From Octopus bimaculoides (Eukaryota): DNA of 64,000 bases. The translations under genes were made by a program, and so were the position numbers. The notes under the pieces are model-generated. The model was not told the DNA's origin, did not search any database, and saw only the letters and a list, made by a program, of their open reading frames with translations. This document shows positions 37,453 through 50,596 of this stretch, piece by piece; position 1 is the stretch's first letter; each line of letters starts with the position of its first letter. The stretch is taken from assembly GCF_001194135.2 (NCBI RefSeq), contig NC_068985.1, forward strand, positions 59,282,941 to 59,346,940. Reading direction: 5' to 3'.

Positions 37453-38317
37453 AAAGTCTAATGTTCTTAGCTGAGACTTTAGGTGGGGCCAACCAGATCG
37501 AACTGTTTCAAGTGTAATTGCGTGAAACAGTAAAGGTTTTTGGTATACTTGACTGAGGAAAGAAGGCCACGAATGACCCGTCTTTTTTGCCTGTCCTTCG
37601 AATTGTTGTTTCTCCTGTCCACCTTTGTATCGTCTATCTGTCTAGATGTTTTATTGCCCTGTATTGCATTTTGTCCCATTTTTATACTTATATATACATA
37701 AAGCGACATACGTACACACTTGTGCTCACCTTATAATAGGTATGTATCTAAATTTTGTACGACTCGTACTCTATCTTTTCTCCCCCTCTCTTTCTCACAT
37801 TTCTTGGCCCTCTCTTTCTCACATGTCTTGGCCCTCTCTTTCGTTAACTTCCACTTTCCCCCTCGTGTACCTTCCCATTTGTCTCTGATTTCTTTTCTAA
37901 TCCTTCAGTCCCGCTATCCTTACCCCCTCTCTCCTCCTTCCACGTGACCGGTATCCGGCCAGCCGTGATCTTTCTTTTATGGCCTGACTGCCGACCGCCA
38001 GTACCTCTTATCTCCATCTCCTATGTTCCTGCCTTTAGGCTTTCACTTCATACACGCCAGCTCAATGTGATTCGTTCTCAGTCGAATGACACCTGTTGTT
38101 ATATTCTTCTTGTTTGTATTTCTATTTGTGTACCATGTTCTCCGTTTTTTGTCTTTGTTGCCGTACATATTCACTAGCTTTCATACAAAAAAGTCTAATG
38201 CTTTTCGCTTAGACTTGGGGGGGGGGCAACCAGATCGAACTGTCTCAAGTATAACTACCCGAAACAGTAAGGACTTCTGGTATACTTGACTGAGGATAGA
38301 AGGCCATGCATGACCAA
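37453..38317 (+). repeat. LTR-like direct repeats (~127 bp visible, 737-bp period), each carrying hammerhead core motifs
   Basis: 37453-37579 and 38190-38315 are about 80% identical by eye. The pyrimidine-rich spacer has a 25-bp tandem duplication. The second copy runs into a gap. Confidence 0.85.
38239..38296 (+). ncRNA. Putative permuted hammerhead ribozyme (second copy at 37502-37559)
   Basis: ACTGT-C (GUC triplet), TCAAGTATA, GAA-ACAGT, TATACTTGA-CTGAGGA. This gives a 5-bp stem III and a 9-bp stem I in exact register. Stem II is uncertain. Confidence 0.5.
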
Positions 38318-40277
38318 NNNNNNNNNNNNNNNNNNNNNNNNNNNNNNNNNNNNNNNNNNNNNNNNNNNNNNNNNNNNNNNNNNNNNNNNNNNNNNNNNNN
38401 NNNNNNNNNNNNNNNNNNNNNNNNNNNNNNNNNNNNNNNNNNNNNNNNNNNNNNNNNNNNNNNNNNNNNNNNNNNNNNNNNNNNNNNNNNNNNNNNNNNN
38501 NNNNNNNNNNNNNNNNNNNNNNNNNNNNNNNNNNNNNNNNNNNNNNNNNNNNNNNNNNNNNNNNNNNNNNNNNNNNNNNNNNNNNNNNNNNNNNNNNNNN
38601 NNNNNNNNNNNNNNNNNNNNNNNNNNNNNNNNNNNNNNNNATATATACATACCTTATTTAAAATCAGCATAAATATCACAAAACTGTTACTCGGAGTTTC
38701 AAGTTCCCGCTCGTCGGACAAGCAAAAACATTAAAAAAAACTAGTTTAAAGGATACGCATTTCAAAATGGTTTTGTTTCATTTGTTCTTTCAAGAAACGG
38801 TCTTAAGCATGTAATGAACAAAATAACTTGACTATAAATTCATGCTATTGTAAAATCGAAGGAAACCTTAAATCGAAGGACAGATTCCAAATACCTATAG
38901 TAAATAATCATATGCGAAATACAAGTCAATTAATACATTAAAATCAAAATTAAAAATTTCACGCTATATTACATAAATATTTTTTCAGCTGTACATACGC
39001 ATACTAGACCAACTATAATATACATACATACATCAAAATACACAGATGCATGAACATAGATATATACGTATTTAGACGTACATATATAACACATAAGTAT
39101 ATACACAAATATACACATATAAATATATGTACTTATACATGCACGCATATAAAATCTCTGGGCGTATACATATACATGTAAGACATAAATATATACACAT
39201 ATACACATATACACATATACACATATACACATATACACATATACATATATGACGCAATACAAGCACGCGCATAAAACGTCTTAGTGTATACATATACAGG
39301 ACAGTTATTGTAGATGAGGGGTATAGGAAGTATACTTTAAGCGTAGAGAGGAGGCAGATAAGAAAAAGAAACAAAGACGTAAAAACTAGCGAGCGAAAGA
39401 AAAAAAAAATTTTAAGGGCGCTAGCAATGTATCCAGTGGGAAGAGAAAAGATAGTTCGAGTGAGGAGAAAAAAGAAAGAGAAATAGATCACGAAATATGT
39501 GTAACGAACATAAATATATGTAAATATACATTAGCATACAAATACACATATATATGATTACGTATATAAATATACAGAAATAAGTGCGTAAATAAATATT
39601 CACACAAATAGAAGTGTACACATATACGCCCATGTACTATGTACGTAAATGTAAACATACACGTATACTTACACACATACACAGACGCACAGATACAAAT
39701 ACATATGCATGCCTACAATACACACATCCACATAAAAGCACATCTAGATCTCAACGTATATATACAAACAACTTTTTTAAAATTGCTCAATGTATATAAT
39801 AATAAAATCGGATACTAGACATTTGCAAAATTCAGCACCATGCGTAGAATTATCTATAATATAAATATAACAATTAAATAAGTTCGTAAAATACAATAAA
39901 ATAATAAAAGCTTAAACTTTAAAATAATATATATAAAAGTCGAAGGCTTTCTTAATGAATACGTTGAAATACATACAATATCATTGCGATGCGAAACAAC
40001 CATATACTACAACACAAGAATTCAATAGTGATATTGGAAATCAGTTCAAGAATTCAAAAATACAGTCTATCCATATAGTATTTTGTCGGCTGATATTTTG
40101 AATTTTGTTGCGTGCCTGCAGGATTTTAAGAGTTCGCGTCTTTGATTCAAGGCGATATTGTCCTGGAATAAAATATGAAATTTTTCCGAAATGCATAAAT
40201 CACATTTTATGGACGTTTTATGAGCACCATGCCTGTAAGCTGACACTTTATCTAAAATTTTCCATGTCATTTTCCGT

Positions 40278-40408
40278 GCTATTTTCTGTGTGTTATATAT
40301 ACTTGTACGTTCTGGCGTTTTTGTTATTTATTTGTCTGAATATTTTTTTATCATACCTAATGCGCCTACTATGATAGGAATTGTTTCTGTTTTTAGACTC
40401 CACATTCG
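40278..40408 (-). mobile_element. Short R4/Dong 3'-region fragment inserted in the PLE endonuclease
   Basis: VTRMWSLKTETIPIIVGALGMIKK (RLE C-terminus). Near-identical to 42347-42487. Confidence 0.85.
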
Positions 40409-40417
40409 AGTTACATC

Positions 40418-40484
<67 letters not shown>

Positions 40485-40542
40485 GAGTGAGAGAGCAGTG
40501 CATGCCATCAAAGTGGCACTGGGGTAAAATATACGAAGCCCA
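40485..40542 (-). mobile_element. 3' end of the ~545 bp (AAT)n-tailed element
   Basis: Matches 11353-11410 and is followed on the minus strand by (AAT)n. Confidence 0.85.
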
Positions 40543-41606
40543 TTGAAAGGATGGGTTTCATTTTCTTTCAATCCCCAGACATGTTTTGCCAGACTGGTTC
40601 TTGTCCTATTTTCGGTGTACCAGAAGGAATATCTAGGGGAATAAAATCTGGTTTTGAAAGAATTTTCTGAAGATCCTGTGTATGTTTTATATTAATGTGA
40701 GTATTCTATTTGTACTTTGGCCCTATACACAATCCCTTTCTCCGCATAGTTTCCTTTCAACGGACAAGGCAGTCTCATCTTTGGAATTGCAATTCTTCGG
40801 ATCAGAATCGGCACTGAGGTTATTTGTGATTATTTACGTGTTGTGTTGGCTAATGAAAGAGGCGAGGTTTTTACAACAGGAATAGCTAATTTTCAGCGTT
40901 TTTCTATTAAATATTCTGTAAAACATATGGCTAGGTTGAAAATGTTTAGAAACTAACTTTAAGAACTCCCTACCTATATTACTTTTTACGACCATATTAA
41001 AAGCTGGGTTGAACCACAAAACCCCCCTAGTCCTAGTTCTACGTATGGTATTACTGCTAGCATTAACTTGATTATATTGAATCTTCTCAGAGAAACCACT
41101 ATTCCTTAATGCGTTGTTGTAATAGGGGGAAGTATTTTGAAATGCTGTCTTATCCGAAGAAATTAACGATATTCGTCTACCTACATTACTGACTAGGTTC
41201 CTAAGAATAACTGGTTGATGATTGCATTCTTTGCTAATATAAGATAGCTTTTCATTAGGCTTACGGTAAGGTTTGAATTTATCTAACTGTAAATCTAAAT
41301 TTATATCTAAGAAATCTACACTTTTAAGGTTAGTGTCTATCGTAATACGTAAGCCAATCCTTTGGAAGAAAGTAATTAGATCCTTCCTAAGCTTATCCAA
41401 TTCGTAGCCGTTTAAATTATGGTTGACTATAAGGCCGTCATCCCCATATAATCCTGTGTATATAAACGGGAATTCTAGCTTTAGATTATGCAAAATATAA
41501 GCTCCTGTGAGCACACATAACTCAGCGCCGTCGTATGCCCCCATCGGTACATCGATAAGAGAATCCTCACTCTTTTTGACCCAGGTAGAATCCTCGTAAA
41601 AAAGAA

Positions 41607-42014
41607 GTGCGCGACATGTTAATCTCATATCAAGATAAACCGTGCACGACCTTGCAGATGGAGTCCCGTTAGAATTTTCTGCAGTTGGAGTAGCCCATCC
41701 CGCTCAAAATGATGGTGAACAAAACACCCATATTTCCAAAGATGAATTATGCAAACCCCAAAGAATTCCTTTCAACATATGGCTAAGATACTCCCTTACT
41801 TCAGCTTGTGGTCAGAGATGCACATATCATCAAAAGCCAAAGGACATGCTCAACTGGTTAAGGTCAAACAACTTACAAACATATCTGTTGTATTGAGCAG
41901 AATATTTGTTGTAGCCCATCTTTTATATCAAGACAAAACAATGTACATGAAAACACTTCCAATCAGTTAAAATCAGAAGCCATGACAGCCACTACTTGGT
42001 ACTGCATCAGGGCA
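41607..42014 (-). mobile_element. 5' ~410 bp of the ~545 bp (AAT)n-tailed element
   Basis: Aligns to ~11475-11897. Confidence 0.85.
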
Positions 42015-42526
<512 letters not shown>

Positions 42527-42545
42527 CATTATTATTATTATTATT

Positions 42546-43090
42546 TCACGTTATCACAGGTTCTGTTGGAACGCTTCGAGTCTCGCATGCGTAGCCGGCT
42601 TGCTACCTGCGGCTTACGGTACCATGCTATCCATTCGTTTCAGCTAATACTTTCCTGGTTATTCTGGCCGTGTCAAGAGGCAAACCTTTTGTAAAAATTC
42701 TACTGGGCACTCTATTCTCATTTTCTTGATATTCCACTTGATGCCTTATATTGATCCCAACAACCCAACAATAATTGGCACTATCTTCACATTTTCATTT
42801 TCCATAGCCAGGCTATTTCGTACTTAACATTGTTCGTTTTATCTATTTTCTCGCCTTCTTTCTTGACTCTTCGTGGGTCAAAGGAGTATGCAACATCAAC
42901 TATATAGCACATGTCGTGCATCTTGTCGACCACCACTAGGTCTGGTCTGTTATGTTCTAGCAATTGATCTGTTTGGATTGTGAAATCCCAGCGGATTTTG
43001 ATAGCCTCCGACTCCGCCACTCTCTGCAATTTGTGCTCACACCACGTTTTGCCTCTCTCTAGCCCCCGCTTTTCGCACAGTTACCAAGGT
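42546..43090 (-). mobile_element. R4/Dong 3' fragment with RLE domain (different subfamily)
   Basis: KIRWDFTIQTDQLLEHNRPDLVVVDK..CYIVDVA..D..KKEGEKIDK (PD-(D/E)xK), with an (AAT)n tail at 42488-42545. Confidence 0.85.
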
Positions 43091-43135
43091 AGCACTTTGT
43101 TGTTGTTGTTGTTGTTGTTGTTATTATTTGTTGAT

Positions 43136-43345
43136 AGCAGCGAGCGGGCAGAACCGTTAGCATGCCGGACATCAATGCTTAGTGGCATTCCGTCCGTCTT
43201 CATGCTCTGCGTTCAATTTCCGCCTTTCATCCTTTCGTGGTCGATAAAGTAAGTACCTGTTGAACACTAGGGTCGATATAAACCACTATATTCAACCCAC
43301 CAAAAAGTTGCTGACTTTGTGCCAAAATTTGAAAGCATTATTATT
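43136..43345 (+). mobile_element. SINE family A
   Basis: GCGAGCGGGCAGAACCGTTAGCATGCCGGAC..CCTTTCGTGGTCGATAAAGTAAGTACC. Confidence 0.8.
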
Positions 43346-43362
43346 CCTATTATTCTTTGTGA

Positions 43363-43416
<54 letters not shown>

Positions 43417-45280
43417 CAGCAGCAGTATTTCTACATGTAGCTTCGCTATTGACGACACCCAATAGATCCCCATAAGTTTATTAGCTGTTTCAGCGGACCC
43501 TTTCATAGAAATTGCTGTACTGTTGCCTTAGTAAAGCCACCAGTATCGTAGGCAATGGCTCATTCTGCTTAGCGTTCAGTTATTTGAGGAATATCTGTAA
43601 ATTATTTCAAATCCTGACTTCACTTTTTATTTTTTCAAAATTTCAAATCATAGTGACTGAATTTTAAAATCACAATAAAGAAGATAGCTGTTGATAGCAT
43701 TTATTGCAACGCCTTCTCACTGTTAATGGCTGACAATAACCTTAGGTGCACGCTCATCAACACTACCAGAAGTGGTAATGATAGTGACAACTACAACAAG
43801 AACAACAATAAAATAGTAGTAAGGGATCATATCATCACTGCTACTGCCGCTGTCAGCACCAACGTCACCACCAATACAAGTGCTACGGCCATTGCAACAA
43901 TAAAGGATGACAACAGTATCAACGACGACGACAACAATAGTAATAACAAAACCAACACTGAAATTCATTACCGCCACCACCAACATCATCTCCACTACCA
44001 CTGACCAGACTTGTCGACATCAACCACAAATAGTAGTAATTAAAACGCTGCACTATTACCAGCAGCACAGTTTTCAGCGAAAGTAAAATATTATAAACCT
44101 TGGACTCTCACAACAGTTAATTTAGCTTCTGAAATAATCAAGCTGTCGGACACTGGTAGGAAAGGTGCGGAAAAAAATGGGAAGAATCAATTCTCTACGA
44201 AGCATGTAGAAGAATAACTACATATAAATACATAGCCATGAATACCTAAGTATCTGTATATAAATGTAGTATATATTTTTATATAAGCTGAAGTGAGCGG
44301 TATAGAAACAAAGAGGATTGTGTCGGAAGTCAGTCTGGCATTCGAAACGTATGTGGTAAGAGTTACTGAGTTCGATATGATAAGAGTAAATTTTTCAGCT
44401 AAATTGGAAACGAAAACATTCCCTAAAGGGCAATAAAAATGAGACTCTAGACTTTATCCTAAACTAAGTCGGTTAGTAACAGTCAAAAATATCAGCCGGC
44501 TGGTGCGAACATCCTAATCGACATCGAAGTGAAAGCGATCATCCCCTAACTCTACAAGATATACAAGGAAAATCTGGAGTGATACGTGGGTGGAGGATCA
44601 AGCAGCGCATGATCCAAATAAATCAAGAGAGCATGGAAGCAGGCAACAACTACATAAGAGTTTCTGAAGAAAGCAGCTAAAACTAAAAACCTGACGCCCA
44701 AGACAACAGCAACATCAATAAAGCGTGAGCCAGTAGCAATAACAGCAACGACAGTAGCAGCTATATATGAGATATATGAATTCGTTTCCTGCTGCAGACG
44801 TTCGAGAGTGACTCTCTACTTTTGACACCTTCGTATGGTCAAAACTGCATTGGATGCCATATGGAGACATACGTTGATAAATTAAGAGGTGATTCTGGAT
44901 GTCACTGAGAGGAACTATCATTACATATGATGGAAGAGAAATGTCGGTGAAGGATCAGGATCATCTGAATCCGAGTAGTTCGACCTAACACTAATGAAAT
45001 GATAATGATGATGGTAGTGGTGGTGGTGGAGGTAACGACGATGACGATAATGATACATGGTAGAAAGAGTAACATTTCAGCATCAAATTACACCCAAACG
45101 TCTTAAAAGAGGAAGGATGTGCTGGAAGGAGTCGACTTCTGAATAGAAAATTAGGTGACCTGACCGCAATAGGAAAACCTTGAGTCACAGGTTTTTTTCA
45201 CTCAGAGCTAATAAAAAAATACTATCATAACTGAAAACACTTCTCGAACAGGGCTTGAACTCCAAAACAGAAGATAATAT

Positions 45281-45669
45281 TTTTTGTTGGCACTCCGTCG
45301 CTTACGACGTCGAGGGTTCCAGTTGATCCGATCAACGGAACAGCCTGCTCGTGAAATTAACGTGCAAGTGGCTGAGCACTCCACAGACACGTGTACCCTT
45401 AACGTAGTTCTCGGTGATATTCAGCGTGACACAGTATGACAAGGCTGACCCTTTGAATTACAGGCACAACAGAAACAGGAAGTAAGAGTGAGAGAAAGTT
45501 GTGGTGAAAGAGTACAGCAGGGTTCGCCACCATGCCCTTCCGGAGCCTCGTGGAACTTTAGGTGTTTTTGCTCAATAAACACTCACAACGCCCGGTCTGG
45601 GAATCGAAACCACGATCCTATGACCGCCAGTCCGCTGCCCTAACCACTGGGCCTTTGCGCTTCCACATG
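45281..45669 (-). mobile_element. tRNA-derived SINE family C with 9-bp TSD
   Basis: Minus head GCGCAAAGGCCCAGTGGTTAGGGCAG..GGTTTCGATTCCC. TSD AGATAATAT at 45272-45280 and 45670-45678. Confidence 0.9.
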
Positions 45670-46150
45670 AGATAATATATTAGATAGAATAATGCCTGTA
45701 TTGATGATTAGATAGAATAATGCGCTCATCTGCATTAAAGGAGTGACTTATATGGTGACCAGAAAATAATAATGAAATGCAAAGGTGATTAAGATGATGT
45801 GAATTTTGAAGTGGAAGAGGAGAATGATCATGGTGGCAGTGATGATGATGATCATGGTGCTGAGAAATAAAGTCATAGCGCAGAGTAGGCGTGGGACTAG
45901 AGAGGGAATGAACTAGTTATAGATTCATTGTTGTAGAAGTCAGGATGGTGCTTGATAATGTTATGAGTAACATGAACGATGGCAACTGAAACAGTGAAGA
46001 TAATGATTGTGACAATGACAATCATGACGATAATGATGCTGATGAAGATGATGACGATGATGATATTGTTGGGGGGGGGGGTCCAGTTGCTGATGATGAA
46101 GATAATAATGTTGTTGATTGTGATGAATGCGATGATGATAATTATTTCTA

Positions 46151-46358
46151 TCCTAGCCACAAGGCCTTGGAAATTTTGGGGAAGAGGCCTAGTCGATTAC
46201 ATCGACCCCAGTGTTTTACTAGTACTAAATTTATCAACTCCGAAAGGATGAAAGCAACATTGACCTCGGCGGAATTTGAATTCAGAACGTAGCGACAGGC
46301 GAAATACCGCTAAGCATTTCCTCCAGCGTGCTGACGATTCTGCCAGCTCACCGCCTTT
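46151..46358 (-). mobile_element. SINE family A
   Basis: Reverse complement starts AAGGCGGTGAGCTGGCAGAATCG. Confidence 0.85.
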
Positions 46359-46709
46359 GTGATGACGATAATAATGACAACGGATAACGAATTGACTTTA
46401 TGATATTAATGTCTAAAATGTATTTTTAAATGAGTGAAAATCAAATCAAAACTATTGAAAATGTCATTGATATTATGAAGTGAAAGGTGTGACAAGTGGA
46501 ATTTAGAGGAAGATGGTATAATATTTATTCGTTTCTACTCTAAAAGTTTTTCAGAGAATACAAAGTTACAAGGTGTTGCAGCTTGTCACTTTAATTAAAT
46601 GGACTATTGTTGCGTTTCTTCTTTAAATCATACTATTTGACACCAAAGAATAATTACTGTCTTTGTGGTTCTTCTTATTGTTATTATTATTATTATTACT
46701 GCTACCATC

Positions 46710-47120
46710 AAGGCAGGGAATTGGCTGAATCGTTAACACACCGGTCAAAATGCTTCCCTCTTCAGGTACTGATTTCAAATTCCGCCGAGGTCGATAGCCT
46801 TTCGGAGTGAATAAAATAAGTACAAGTTGAACACTGAGGGTAATGTAATCGACTTACTCCTACCTCGAATTTGCTGGCCTTTTGCCAAAATTTAAAATCA
46901 TTATTATTGTCTTCAAGGCAGCCAGCTGGCAGAATCATTAACAACTCGGACAAAATGTTTAGCGACATTTCCTCCGTCTTAGCATTCTGGGTTCAAATTC
47001 CACCGAGGCCGACTTAACTTTTCGGTGTCAATAAAGTAAGCCCCAGTTAAACACTGGAGTTAAGGTAATCGACGAACCCCCATCCCCACAAAATTTCAGA
47101 CCTTGTAACTTTGATAGAAT
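46710..47120 (+). mobile_element. Two tandem SINE family A copies (46710-46895, 46915-47120)
   Basis: Both have AAGGCAG..CTG.C.GAATC heads, TTCAAATTCC.CCGAGG B-box regions and family tails. Confidence 0.8.
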
Positions 47121-47889
47121 TACTCTTGTTTTTTTATATTTTATTTTCGGTGGAGTTACTACCTTTAGCTGTTTAGCCTCAAGACTGTTCTGGTTTAGTC
47201 CACTTATTACCCATAGTTGTTCAATGAGTAACCATCTTTTTTCTTGTTTCTGTTCAGATACATTGCACCTATAATCACATGATCCAGTCGACTTTCATGA
47301 TGTGTTAGGGAATATTTGACTACTATTTCAAAATAGTGGAGTGACCACCAAGAGTCACTCACAATGACGCACTGTCGCTTGTTTTTTTAGTCAACCCCAG
47401 AAAAGGCTTCCTTATGCAGACTCATGGCTTGGATTCTTCCAGATATGGCCATCTTGTCATTATAGGAAGAGCATCAATAACATCATTACTAAACGTGTCA
47501 TTCATAGTTTAAAATTGTGATGTTTAGATACGAAGGATTTTAGATATTTAACTGCTGTCCTTAGCTTCTACGTGATCCCTCTACCATATAGAAGCGCTCC
47601 CTATTGTTGTTATTTACCAAATCTATGGCAAAAAGCTATCCAGCCATGGTTATCTCGTCTTGATGTAGGAATATTTTTGAAGTTATTATCCTATTATCCA
47701 ATAAGATTCTTCACAGCCTTAAGAAAATAGTATCACTTGTAGGATATTTCATAATTATTACTGAAATTACAAACGACTACGTGGAGCTTCGTCATTAGCT
47801 CTTTAGGTCTAATTTGTATCTTGATTATTTTCCTGTTCCGATGTGGTTCCATACCACAGACATAACCCCTTCACTTGCACTGATAGCAT

Positions 47890-48130
47890 GTTTAGCAAAG
47901 ATTAAATATTAAACGTTACATATTAAGTTGCTGTGTCTGTGGAGAGTCATGCTCTTTTAGTGCCGTATTATTTAACACACTCACTGGTAAAGTTTTCACT
48001 CATTTACTTATTTATTTTTGCTCAAAGTTTCGTTGCATGTTGCAACCTTTTCAATAGTCGTTGACTCTGTCCGTTAAATATTAAAATGAAACGTTTAAAC
48101 TTAAGATTGTGCTCCGTTAATAAATTAAAA
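47890..48130 (-). mobile_element. PLE-like terminal fragment with hammerhead-like relic (48021-48060)
   Basis: Minus: CTATTGA-AAAG-GTTGC-AACAT-GCAAC-GAAAC. Stem II and GAAAC are intact but the core is altered. Confidence 0.35.
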
Positions 48131-48557
48131 CTTTTAGCTTCTTTTTATATCAATTATTATATCAAGTCACTCCAATTAAAGAATGGCTGCATGAATTGAT
48201 AGCTAACCTATACATCCAAATATACAAAATATTGAAATATGTTGTTTGGCTGCTGTTGTTGTTTTATCACAGAGTTTCATTTAAAAGTGCCTTCTCTAAA
48301 AATGTCAAGCCAGCCACTTTGTTACGCTTCTTTAAAGAAACCTCTGTAAGGAATCGACAATAGTTGGTTAACGATCCTGCCGGAATCATAGATACTCCTT
48401 TCCTGACACGTTCTACTCAGATCTGCTTTATACAGTATATTCATCAGTTTTATGACGGTAGCATAAACATCAAATAAGTCTTCGCTGTTTATTCTTGTAT
48501 TTATTAATATCTCGATAATAAATATCTTCCATCAAATATTTGATTTTGTTTTTCCAG

Positions 48558-48600
48558 TTATGCTACCAACAAATATCCTGACATCAGCTGCAGAAATGAA
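48558..48600 (+). CDS. Candidate exon A of an unrecognised host gene (YATNKYPDISCRNE)
   Basis: Strong acceptor TTTTGTTTTTCCAG, 43 nt, donor GTAGGC. Ends in phase 0. Confidence 0.4.
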
Positions 48601-49062
48601 GTAGGCAAATATTATTAGTATCATTAGGCTTGAGAGAGCTATTTATATAACATTTCCCGTTTAAAATGATGTATCTTTCCCATGTGTGATCTAATACATA
48701 CTAAGTACACAGATTCTGCCGCCTGTGTACCATAGAGCCAATGTTGCTAATTTTAATGACAGAGTAGGTATTAGTAATATCTTTTCAAGTCTTCTATTTA
48801 TTGTAAAACTATATACAATGCGACAAAAAACATAGGTATCAAATGCCTCATTGGTGTTACGATACGAAATTATCGCCCCTTCGTAGTCTATCTTACTGTA
48901 TTGTAGTAAATTAATTTGTTTATTCGGTATGGTATAAAGGACTGAGCAATAGATGATAATACTGAGTGTTATATCGCTGAAGATTATTTATAACCATAAA
49001 CATGTGATCGAGTTTAAGAAGTCTAATCCACAACTACATAGTTTGTGGTTCTATTAGATTTA

Positions 49063-49255
49063 ACTTGCTTCAGTCACTAGACGACCACTACACAGAAGCA
49101 CCGCCTTGAAGGGTTTAATCGAACAAATTGACCAAAGTACTTTTTTTAAAAACCTGGTACTTATTCTATTGTTCTCTATTTTTCCGAACTGCCAAGTAAC
49201 AGGGACATAAACAAAGCAATACCGGTTGTCAAATGGTGGTAGGGGACAAGACGCA
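49063..49255 (-). mobile_element. SINE family D
   Basis: GCTTCAGTCA..GCACCGCCTTGAAGGG..GGTACTTATTCTAT..GGGACATAAAC..GGGACAAGAC followed by (CATA)n. Shares the AATAAGTACC block with family A. Confidence 0.65.
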
Positions 49256-49911
49256 CACATGCATAATACATGCAATTTTATATACATACATACATACATA
49301 CATACATACAAACATACATTCATACATACATACATACATACATACATACATACATACATACATACATGCATACATGTGCCTTATTATACATACATACATA
49401 CATGTGCCTTATTATTATTAAAGCTGTAAAAATATCACAAATATATCACAAAAAACTGCTACTCAAAGTTTCACGTTCCCGTTCGTTGGATAGTTTAGAT
49501 TGAGAATGGAACAAAATAAAGTGTGTATGTATAAAATATACATTTGGTATTGACAGATACACATTTGAAGTCGGTTTCTTTATATTGGTCCTTTCAAAGA
49601 ACGGTTTTTTTTCTAATCAGTGATGATAGGTTTAAAATCTTATGTGAGATCGAAGAAAACCTTAAATAAAAATAAAATTTTAAAAATAACTGTTATTAGA
49701 AAGAAAAACATAGATACCCAGAATAAATTAATCAATGGTAGAATACGTTTAATTAAAAATAATGTCTGTTTATAATAATTTTCACTTACATAAATCAGAC
49801 GGCCTAAAAACTCAGTAGCAGTGTTTTGTGATATTTTTGTGCTGTATTTGCAGATTTAATAATAATAAAGCATATTACTCTATCTCCGGTATTCGAGTGC
49901 TATTTTTCCCA

Positions 49912-50038
49912 CAGTTTCCGTCTATCAAATCCACTCACAAGGATCTGGTCGAGCATATAGTATATGACACTTGCCCAAGATATCATGCAGTGGACTGAAC
50001 TCAGAACCATATGGCTTAGAAGCAAACATCTTACCACT
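49912..50038 (-). mobile_element. SINE family B
   Basis: CAGTTTCCGTCTATCAAATCCACTCACAAGG..ACACTTGCCCAAG..CTTACCAC. Confidence 0.75.
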
Positions 50039-50169
50039 CTACTTACCGGTAGAGTAAAAGTATTTGAAATAAGTAACAAAAATTTATTCGCCTATAAATT
50101 TATAAATTTGTAAATTCATAAATTGAATCGCCTATATATATCAATAAAAGAGTCATTTTGCTAATTCTT

Positions 50170-50425
50170 GAACAAGACATTTTATTTCACGTTGCTGCAT
50201 TTCACTTAGCTATAGAGAGCTGTTGCGAAATCACTGGTGCCAAGTTGTATCGTATTTTACCTTTCTCTTGGTTAACATTGGTGGCGTAGAGAGAGGAAGG
50301 AGGCGTGTATGCATGTGCGACTACTGGTCTTCGAGAAGCAACTTTGCCCGGACTTGTGCCCCGAAGGGTAACTTTCTAGGTGCAATCTCATGGTCATTCA
50401 TGACCAAAGGGAGTCTTTACCCTCT
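50170..50425 (+). mobile_element. Headless copy of the SINE at 14085-14429
   Basis: CAAGACATTTTATTTC..GGTGCCAAG..ACTTTCTAGGTGCAATCTCATGGTCATTCATGAC is the reverse complement of the 14.1-14.3 kb body. Confidence 0.8.
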
Positions 50426-50596
50426 ACCCATTTTTCTAAACTAAATGACATATTTTGTTACTTCTTGAGGTGAGTATTGTGGAATAAGGAATACACACAC
50501 TGGTTTAATTTTACTTATATTATTATTATCCGTCAACTAGTTAACCGGTTAACCAATTCACTGATCGATTGTTTGATTAACTGTTCAGTCATTCAG

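Larger units (their letters stand above)
40060..41606 (-). mobile_element. Penelope-like element (RT C-half + GIY-YIG), Naiad-like, interrupted
   Basis: IDVPMGAYDGAELCVLTGAYIL, GLYGDDGL, KPYRKPN..YISKECNH, WFNPAFN, LKISYSC, CPLKGN..KGIVYRAKV..TYTGSS, WKIL..KCDLCISEKFHI..LNQRRELLKSCRHATKF. Confidence 0.9.

Noticed and set aside
45590-45669. tRNA-like sequences (also ~14350-14429 and the heads of families A and B)
   Set aside because: They are SINE heads continuing into repeat bodies with TSDs, and I see no complete cloverleaf.
48365-48455. Further upstream exon (LVNDPAGIIDTPFLTRSTQICFIQ...)
   Set aside because: Weak splice sites, and the best donor gives a phase incompatible with the exon A-D chain.
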